Source: a virus
Taxonomy: Duplodnaviria > Caudoviricetes
Strand: one strand, 5' to 3'
Virus record (IMG/VR): IMGVR_UViG_3300037067_016725
Span: 51,508-115,507 of that record
Length of the DNA: 64,000 nt
Positions 58,714 to 64,000 of the stretch are shown here, in pieces. Both the position numbers and the translations under genes were made by a program. The notes below the pieces were generated by a model. That model saw nothing but the letters and a program-made list of their open reading frames with translations, ran no database searches and had not been told where the DNA came from. Position 1 is the first letter of the stretch. Every line of letters begins with the position of its first letter.

Positions 58714-59217
58714 ATGTTTTTTCTTGATGCTACTAACGAAAAGGTGCTTGAGCCACAGGCTCCCGCTGTCAAAAGTGAGTCTGAGAATAGTCGCTTAAAA
58801 ACAACTTCTTATGGGGATAGAAATTACCATGGGGTATCTGTCTATTCTGAAGACAGAAGCTCCACCAATTATCTGGCCCTTGAAAAGTACATGCTGGAGA
58901 GCAGACCGGGTTCCCATGTCGAGTGGTTCTTCCCCGAAGCATACTTGCAGTTTTTCCTGGCGGAATTGGGCATAGACACTCTTACCTTCTATGAGAAACT
59001 CCCCGTTGATCTCCTATCCGAAGATCCTGACAAGGCAGTTGTCCTGGGGCTCATGGAATACCCTCAGGTCATAAACCACCCCGAGTTTGACCCTTACCTG
59101 GTCTATCACTTATCCGCAGAAGAGTATCTGCATGCTGATGCTATCAGTAATGAGATAATGAATCAATTTCCAGGATCTCAGGCGTTATCTTCTTCCTTCA
59201 GGACAAAAGCAAGATAA
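58714..59217 (+). CDS. Hypothetical protein
   Basis: 167 aa; AGGAGG RBS. Confidence 0.65.
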   Translation: MFFLDATNEKVLEPQAPAVKSESENSRLKTTSYGDRNYHGVSVYSEDRSSTNYLALEKYMLESRPGSHVEWFFPEAYLQFFLAELGIDTLTFYEKLPVDLLSEDPDKAVVLGLMEYPQVINHPEFDPYLVYHLSAEEYLHADAISNEIMNQFPGSQALSSSFRTKAR

Positions 59218-59810
59218 TGGTAGTATCCAGCAAACAAGTCACAACTGACCTAATGGCCTATCTAAGGGGCTTCCGTAGGATGTACCTACTGGCCACTGAG
59301 GTGAAGTATAACCACTGCAGAAGCGACGTTCTGGCGGTGGATAACAAGGCCATTGTGGAGTTTGAAGTTAAGGTAAGCAAAGCTGACTTTTTGAAGGACT
59401 TTGATAAGCACTTGGTACTGGGATACAGAAAGTGGAAGACCAGTGTGCCAAAGCATGCAATGTATAATGGAAAGGTGGCTTCCGAGAAGAAGTACTTTGT
59501 TCCTCATTTCTTTTACTTTGTGGTGCCGGCCAACCTGATAGATGTGGTGAAGGAGAAGTGTAAGGACTATCCCAGGTACGGTATCATCCTGTGGGACCCT
59601 ACCTATAAATACAGAGTGGGAATAGTTAAATCTGCCAAGCCCCTAACCAATGAGCCCGCCAACAAGAGCGTGATGCAGAAGATACTGAGGAGAGCAACTA
59701 ATGAGCTGGTATCCTTAAGGGCTAAACTTTACTCTCAGGATCTGGTAATAGAGGAAGACCCTGAAGAGGACGAGGCAGAACAAGAAGAACTTGAACTACC
59801 CAAGGAATAA
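59217..59810 (+). CDS. MmcB-like PD-(D/E)XK nuclease
   Basis: TEV...RSDVLAV...EFEVKVSKADFLKD..K, FYFVVP, YGII. Confidence 0.75.
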   Translation: MVVSSKQVTTDLMAYLRGFRRMYLLATEVKYNHCRSDVLAVDNKAIVEFEVKVSKADFLKDFDKHLVLGYRKWKTSVPKHAMYNGKVASEKKYFVPHFFYFVVPANLIDVVKEKCKDYPRYGIILWDPTYKYRVGIVKSAKPLTNEPANKSVMQKILRRATNELVSLRAKLYSQDLVIEEDPEEDEAEQEELELPKE

Positions 59811-59817
59811 CCCCTCA

Positions 59818-60522
59818 ATGAAAGTAGTGTCTTTTGTTTTATGGGGAGACAATCCCCTATATACCCTGGGGGCAATCCAAAACTGTAAGGATGTTCATTT
59901 ACTGTACCCAGGGTGGGAATCCTGGGTATACATCTGTGGGGAAGTACCTCTAGACATCTTACACAAACTAGAGAAGATAGCCTCGAGAGTTATACTTGTA
60001 AGAGACCTAGGTAACTGCAAAAACATGTTTTGGAGATATTCCCCAGTCTTGGATAAGTCCGTCAGGGTATTTACATCCAGGGACTGTGATTCACGTATAA
60101 CACCCAGAGAGTGCTCCTTTGTTAAGGAATGGGAAGAGTCTAAAAAAGACTTGCACATTATTCGAGATCATATAGGGCACACCACACCTATACTAGGTGG
60201 GATGTTCTCTATGCACAAAGGGTACCTGTGGGACACCTTGGAGTCGTTAATGAAAAGATTCATAGGTGGGGAAGAACTTCTAGACCCAGGAGTACAGAAA
60301 TACCTGGGCAGCAGCTTATACGGCTATGATGAATTGACCTTGGAAAAGTATATCTATCCTCTGAGCAAGGGCAAAAGAATGGCACATGTAAGCGCCGGTT
60401 CATACTATCCAGGCGATATAAAGGTTCCTCCTCCTGACGGGGACGGATTCATAGGAAATAAGATGGATGGGGATACAGGGGCACCCTTAATAAGGTATCA
60501 GCCTGGTTTCATAGAAAGATAA
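59818..60522 (+). CDS. Conserved hypothetical protein, possibly glycosyltransferase-like
   Basis: SFVLWGDNPLYTLGAIQN, YPGW, MFWRY, SRDCDSR (DxD), HIIRDH, ILGGM. Confidence 0.55.
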   Translation: MKVVSFVLWGDNPLYTLGAIQNCKDVHLLYPGWESWVYICGEVPLDILHKLEKIASRVILVRDLGNCKNMFWRYSPVLDKSVRVFTSRDCDSRITPRECSFVKEWEESKKDLHIIRDHIGHTTPILGGMFSMHKGYLWDTLESLMKRFIGGEELLDPGVQKYLGSSLYGYDELTLEKYIYPLSKGKRMAHVSAGSYYPGDIKVPPPDGDGFIGNKMDGDTGAPLIRYQPGFIER

Positions 60523-60577
60523 CAGGCCCCTAAGGGGATAGCTTGCAAAAACTTTTAAGAATATCTAATTTGTGGTA

Positions 60578-60769
60578 GTCGGATCCGTTCCTCCTCTGTC
60601 TAAGACATGACAATTTCTCCCTCATGGGAGAGTAGAAAGTAGACATGAAACGGAAGCTAACTAATCTCCTGCAGTAGATTAGTTACCAGGTAAGAAAAGT
60701 CTAGTCGCTTGCGTCGAAAACTTAGATGACCTGAGGGTGGGCCTGAATGGCACCACCCTTAACTTTTTT
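60578..60769 (+). ncRNA. Candidate structured non-coding RNA
   Basis: Four consecutive stem-loop domains ending in T6 in a 250-nt gap with no ORF of 60 aa or more; TTGCAA-N17-TAATTT upstream; family not recognised. Confidence 0.5.
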
Positions 60770-60776
60770 GGTAAAA

Positions 60777-61280
60777 CTACACGCTGTACAGATCCGTAAC
60801 TACTCCGGTCAACTCTAGCGGTGACGAAAGAGGTTTCCAGTCCTGTATGAGCTTGCTGTCCTTAGGGGATCCACTAGGAGAAACCGCAATCGTTATATGG
60901 GGTACGCCACTAAAGGAGGGGACGCTTGTTTGCAACTTCACAGCCATTGCCAAATCACTTATACCCCAGGACACTGCCTGTAGCGTCACTTTCTTGCCTT
61001 TGTTCATATCATAAAAAGTTTTGAAAGTCCCATCCTTTAGCTTTCCATAATATATGGTCATATGGTGGGCATAGATACTCCAGCCTTTGGGGATTTCTCT
61101 TTCAAAAGATTTAAGTAGCCTATCCTTAGACATGTTATCAAGCAGGACACCCCAAAGGACGACATTGCTGCTGGCTTCAAGGGTATTAGCTATCACATCT
61201 ATTTCAGAGGCAAGACCTGCTAAACCTAAACCCTCAACTTCTGAGGCTACCTTGTCCAAGATGCTTGTAAGAATTTTCAA
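60777..61280 (-). CDS. 2H phosphoesterase (tRNA-ligase CPDase-like)
   Basis: Two HxT motifs AHHMTI and PHITIAV, PKDS; start uncertain (TTG 61280 or 61292; track gives 61385). Confidence 0.75.
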   Translation of the reverse strand: MKILTSILDKVASEVEGLGLAGLASEIDVIANTLEASSNVVLWGVLLDNMSKDRLLKSFEREIPKGWSIYAHHMTIYYGKLKDGTFKTFYDMNKGKKVTLQAVSWGISDLAMAVKLQTSVPSFSGVPHITIAVSPSGSPKDSKLIQDWKPLSSPLELTGVVTDLYSV

Positions 61281-61400
61281 GTAAATAACCAAAGATGAAG
61301 TTTTGTAAGGGAAAGTTCTTATTAGTTGAATATCTTTAGAGGGTCCACTGAATATCCTTAATGGAGGTGTCCCATGACATAGCATCGCATTCTACGAGCT

Positions 61401-61691
61401 ATGCAAATACTTATACCTAACCGGATCACACCAAGCCGGTACACAAAAGTCGTCTCCTTGATGAGGAAGATGGGTTCTCCTGTTATACACTGCCTAGAGA
61501 TAAGGCCAGGGTATTACTTTGCCTTGGAAGGATCCCACAGGACTACTGCAGCCTTAGAGTTGGGCTTAGAACCTATTCTAGTAGTAGTTGATAACCTAGA
61601 GGGGGAAGAACCCTTGCAGGTAACTTCCAGAAAGGAAGTGCGTGTTAGGGAGATGCGAGGTTTATGCCTTGAATTCCCAGATTGGATATAG
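61401..61691 (+). CDS. Small ParB-N/Srx-like domain protein
   Basis: SLMRKMGSPVI...YFALEGSHRTTAALELG. Confidence 0.6.
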   Translation: MQILIPNRITPSRYTKVVSLMRKMGSPVIHCLEIRPGYYFALEGSHRTTAALELGLEPILVVVDNLEGEEPLQVTSRKEVRVREMRGLCLEFPDWI

Positions 61692-61764
61692 CCCCGGTAG
61701 GGCTCGAACCTACGCATGCCGACTTCAAAGGACGGTGCCGTAAAACCAACTTGGCTACGGGGCT
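61689..61764 (-). tRNA. tRNA-Gln (TTG)
   Basis: AGCCCCG/CGGGGCT acceptor, loop CTTTGAA, GTAGG-TTCGAGC-CCTAC T arm; one T-T mismatch in anticodon stem. Confidence 0.9.
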
Positions 61765-61768
61765 GTAG

Positions 61769-61841
61769 TAGATCCGCCCTGAATTGAACAGAGACTTAGG
61801 AGGTCAGAGCTCCTCGTGCAAAACCTTTACACTACGAATCT
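61769..61841 (-). tRNA. tRNA-Gln (CTG)
   Basis: AGATTCG/CGGATCT acceptor, AGGAG-CTCTGAC-CTCCT anticodon arm, CTCTG-TTCAATT-CAGGG T arm. Confidence 0.9.
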
Positions 61842-61849
61842 ATGTGTAG

Positions 61850-61922
61850 TAGCAGGAGGGGGATTCGAACCCACCAGCCTTGTGCGTATGAAGCACCTGC
61901 TCAACCGTTGAGCTATCCTGCC
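61850..61922 (-). tRNA. tRNA-Met (CAT), elongator-type
   Basis: GGCAGGA/TCCTGCT acceptor, GCTC/GAGC D stem, loop TTCATAC, TTCGAAT T loop; lacks initiator features. Confidence 0.85.
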
Positions 61923-61930
61923 AAAACTAA

Positions 61931-62014
61931 TACGTCACCCAGGAGTCGAACCTGTCAGCACCGCCCGCCATTTTAACTGAGAACCTTATAAGAGCCCCGG
62001 CTGGTTTGTGACGC
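61931..62014 (-). ncRNA. Non-canonical tRNA-like RNA with TAT (Ile) anticodon-like loop
   Basis: GCGTCAC/GTGACGT-A acceptor stem, CAGG-TTCGACT-CCTG T arm, CTTATAA loop; no canonical D arm. Confidence 0.7.
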
Positions 62015-62020
62015 ATAAAC

Positions 62021-62054
62021 AAAAAAGCCCCCTGGTTCATCACCAGAGGGCTTT
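62021..62054 (-). terminator. Attenuator terminator upstream of tRNA cluster
   Basis: Minus strand AAAGCCCTCTGGT-gatga-ACCAGGGGGCTTTTTT, 6 nt before the first tRNA-like gene. Confidence 0.85.
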
Positions 62055-62074
62055 CCTTAATCCTTTCTTTGCTA

Positions 62075-62152
62075 TCAGCAAATAACAGGTGGAAGGGCTC
62101 TGGAGGCACCAGTGCTCATCATCTGTATTTGCTGTTGCATTACGAAGTTCAT
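62075..62152 (-). CDS. Attenuator leader peptide MNFVMQQQIQMMSTGASRALPPVIC (not in ORF track)
   Basis: Codons 5-12 are ATG CAA CAG CAA ATA CAG ATG ATG; overlaps alternative hairpins; ATG lies 7 nt after the -10 element. Confidence 0.8.
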   Translation of the reverse strand: MNFVMQQQIQMMSTGASRALPPVIC

Positions 62153-62157
62153 GTTTC

Positions 62158-62188
62158 CAAATATACCACTACCTTTTATCAAAAACAA
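62158..62188 (-). promoter_or_regulatory. Promoter of leader/tRNA operon
   Basis: Minus strand TTGTTT-N17-TATATT with TG extension; the -10 also reads TATATTTG (TAnnTTTG-type). Confidence 0.65.
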
Positions 62189-62192
62189 GAGG

Positions 62193-62873
62193 CTACTCAA
62201 AAATAATATCCGAGATTCTCAAAGAGCGATCCTCTGGTAAATCTACCAGTAAAGACTGATTTTGATTTACACAACAAAACAAAGTCTCCTTGAGCCTCTT
62301 CGTTTCATTGACATGGTGATGGCCACAGATCCACAACTCGGGCGCATGATACTTCCACAGCTCATCCAAGGCCTGGTTAGTGCGAGAGATCTTTGGAAAT
62401 TTCTCAAGATAGTATTCAAAGGCATAGGGAGCCGTGTGTGAAATGACTACTCGGGGTTTCTTGCTGCTGATCAAGTCTACCATTGTACTCAGAGCGATAA
62501 TGGAAAGTTCCTCCTCGGGCCACCAGTCTAACCCAGGGGTACGAAAATCCTTATCTACAGACATGGCTCCCGATACATAGCCAACCCCATTGGAATCCAC
62601 CCCATAGTCCCCCAAGTAGTTAGGGTGTCCTATTACAGAGGAGGGGCAGTCGTGGTTTCCACGAATTATTTTTAGATTCCCTGGCAATACCGTGGCTTCC
62701 TGAGGACTGTACTCAGAGGAAGAGATACCCAGATCAATATCATCATGTAGGGGTGGGAAACCAAACCCGAAGTCCCCAAGCTGATAAATGCAGGAGTCCT
62801 TAGGAAGACCCCGTATAGTGCTCAACATGTCTTGGAAATGTCCATGGACATCTCCTAAAAAAGCGAATTTCAT
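62193..62873 (-). CDS. Calcineurin-like metallophosphoesterase
   Basis: GDVHG, GDFG, GNHD, SHTAP, GHHH; ATG 62873 preferred. Confidence 0.9.
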   Translation of the reverse strand: MKFAFLGDVHGHFQDMLSTIRGLPKDSCIYQLGDFGFGFPPLHDDIDLGISSSEYSPQEATVLPGNLKIIRGNHDCPSSVIGHPNYLGDYGVDSNGVGYVSGAMSVDKDFRTPGLDWWPEEELSIIALSTMVDLISSKKPRVVISHTAPYAFEYYLEKFPKISRTNQALDELWKYHAPELWICGHHHVNETKRLKETLFCCVNQNQSLLVDLPEDRSLRISDIIFE

Positions 62874-62895
62874 AAGAGGAAATCTATAAACTTTG

Positions 62896-62923
62896 TTAAA
62901 AGTAGAGGGGAACATTGGTATAT
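62896..62923 (+). promoter_or_regulatory. Putative promoter TTAAAA-N16-GTAWWT
   Basis: TTAAAA 62896-901, GTATAT 62918-23. Confidence 0.6.
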
Positions 62924-62955
62924 CTTGATTAACCACCTACCATAAGGATCCATAC

Positions 62956-63549
62956 ATGAAAAAGTTCAATATGACCTCCCTGATGAACAAGGCTGCCAAG
63001 AACCGCAAGAGTGCTGAAGCTCGTGCGGAGGAAGCCAAGAAAGCAGCACAGGAGGCCAGGGCCGCTAGGGAAGCCGAGAGAAAGGCTGTACAGGAGGCCC
63101 GTATTGCTAGGGAAGCGGAAGAAAAGGCTGCCCGGGAAGCTCGGGCCGCGGAGAAGAAGGAGTCTTCTACCCAAGCCCCTACCGTGTCCCTGCAGGATGC
63201 CTTCCGTTCCTTTGTCGCCAAGGGAATGAAGATGATGGAGCAGCACCCGGACAAGTTCTGGGAAGAGCTGGTCGATCTTTGTGGCGAGGCGGACAAGGCG
63301 AATGACATGCTGATGGTCCACAAGATTCAGAAGTACTACCAGAACATGCAGCAGGCTGAAAGTCTGATTTCTCGTGTTCGGGTTTTGCGGGAGCGCCAGA
63401 AGACGGTACGGGAAGACATCAAGGCAAAGGTCATGCCCTGGGATGTGGCTGCTCGTGAGGCAGTGGTTCTTGCCTCGGATGCCTATGCCTATCCTGAGAT
63501 CGTAAAGGAAGCCAAGAAGCTCTTGGAAGACATTAACCTCACCAAATGA
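62956..63549 (+). CDS. Hypothetical protein with Ala/Glu/Arg/Lys-rich helical N-terminus
   Basis: EARAAREAE repeats; AAGGA RBS; GC-rich third positions. Confidence 0.7.
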   Translation: MKKFNMTSLMNKAAKNRKSAEARAEEAKKAAQEARAAREAERKAVQEARIAREAEEKAAREARAAEKKESSTQAPTVSLQDAFRSFVAKGMKMMEQHPDKFWEELVDLCGEADKANDMLMVHKIQKYYQNMQQAESLISRVRVLRERQKTVREDIKAKVMPWDVAAREAVVLASDAYAYPEIVKEAKKLLEDINLTK

Positions 63550-63565
63550 TTCTTTTTCAGGATCC

Positions 63566-63600
63566 AAAAAAGGGCCTCTGTTAAAACAGTGGCCCTTTTT
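63566..63600. terminator. Bidirectional terminator between convergent genes
   Basis: AAAAAAGGGCCTCTG-ttaaaa-CAGTGGCCCTTTTT. Confidence 0.7.
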
Positions 63601-63766
63601 GTTCTTCAGTAATAACTCTAGCCGAGGGGTCAGATACAGATGCCATCAGAATTTCTATGCTGGCTCCCATCACCGGGCGTTTCTCTGATATCCATCGACG
63701 CATTGCCCAACTCCAAAACTGACCCTTGTCATTAGTAATGAAGGTCTCTATTTTACTTTTGGACAT
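63581..63766 (-). CDS. Small hypothetical protein
   Basis: 61 aa, overlaps upstream minus-strand ORF. Confidence 0.5.
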   Translation of the reverse strand: MSKSKIETFITNDKGQFWSWAMRRWISEKRPVMGASIEILMASVSDPSARVITEEQKGPLF

Positions 63767-63996
63767 AGCTGCTTTCCCTTATTTGACAGGTATCTCTTTT
63801 TAGGTGGGGTGTATCCCGCTGATATCAATCTCTTTTTTACGGAATTACCCGTTATCCCATATTCCCTTCCAAGCTCCTCATAGGAAACACCCGCTTCCAA
63901 CTTGGTTAGTGCTTCTATGGAAAAGGGACCATAGTCCGTTTTCCGCTTAGGCTTAGAGCACCCACCACAAACTGTCTTAAGGGCACCGTGGACCAT
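63748..63996 (-). CDS. C-terminal part of a Zn/HTH DNA-binding protein (probably truncated by window edge)
   Basis: CGGC and SYEELGREYGITGNSVKKRL helix-turn-helix. Confidence 0.55.
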   Translation of the reverse strand: MVHGALKTVCGGCSKPKRKTDYGPFSIEALTKLEAGVSYEELGREYGITGNSVKKRLISAGYTPPKKRYLSNKGKQLCPKVK

Positions 63997-64000
63997 AGGG

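Noticed and set aside
433-60158. Many short minus-strand and nested ORFs in the track
   Set aside because: Antisense shadows of well-supported plus-strand genes with no recognisable motifs
61927-62109. 60-aa minus-strand ORF (MPPEPFHLL...)
   Set aside because: Runs through the terminator and the tRNA-like gene; the 62152-62075 frame explains the region better
62929-63567. 212-aa and 128-aa minus-strand ORFs
   Set aside because: Mirror frames of the codon-biased plus-strand gene, which has promoter, RBS and terminator
1-64000. Stop-codon reassignment (TAG or TGA recoding)
   Set aside because: Long genes are intact in code 11; TAG stops (e.g. 1139, 22105, 42838) are followed by out-of-frame starts; no suppressor tRNA seen
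1-64000. CRISPR array, DGR or retron
   Set aside because: No repeat-spacer array, cas gene, reverse transcriptase or template/variable repeat pair noticed by eye

Overview
This window is a fragment of a large contractile-tailed (myovirus/jumbo-phage-like) dsDNA phage genome read in standard genetic code 11. From 1 to 40.2 kb it is a tightly packed + strand tail/baseplate operon: tape-measure-like protein, two paralogous tube-initiator-like proteins (one fused to an SLT lytic transglycosylase), hub, gp5/VgrG-like spike, gp25-like and J-like wedge proteins, and large fibre/wedge proteins. From 40.2 to 50.5 kb it is a replication/transcription module: SNF2 helicase, degenerate DnaC-like loader, DnaB helicase, stand-alone CHC2 primase zinc finger, family A DNA polymerase, sigma-like factor, DUF932-like protein and ParB. 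From 50.5 to 64 kb it is an accessory region: glycosyltransferase-like genes, thioredoxin, lipase, HNH endonuclease, DEDDh exonuclease, CYTH, histone H1-like protein, MmcB-like nuclease, 2H and calcineurin-like phosphoesterases, tRNAs and a candidate structured ncRNA. The main finding is at 61.7-62.2 kb on the minus strand. A near-leaderless 25-codon leader ORF contains the run ATG-CAA-CAG-CAA-ATA-CAG-ATG-ATG inside mutually exclusive protector/antiterminator/terminator hairpins. It lies directly upstream of four RNA genes whose anticodons (UAU in a non-canonical tRNA-like RNA, CAU, CUG, UUG) read exactly those codons. This looks like a ribosome-mediated attenuator that would switch on replacement tRNAs when the same host tRNAs are depleted. 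All protein calls come from motif recognition by eye; no database searches were run.
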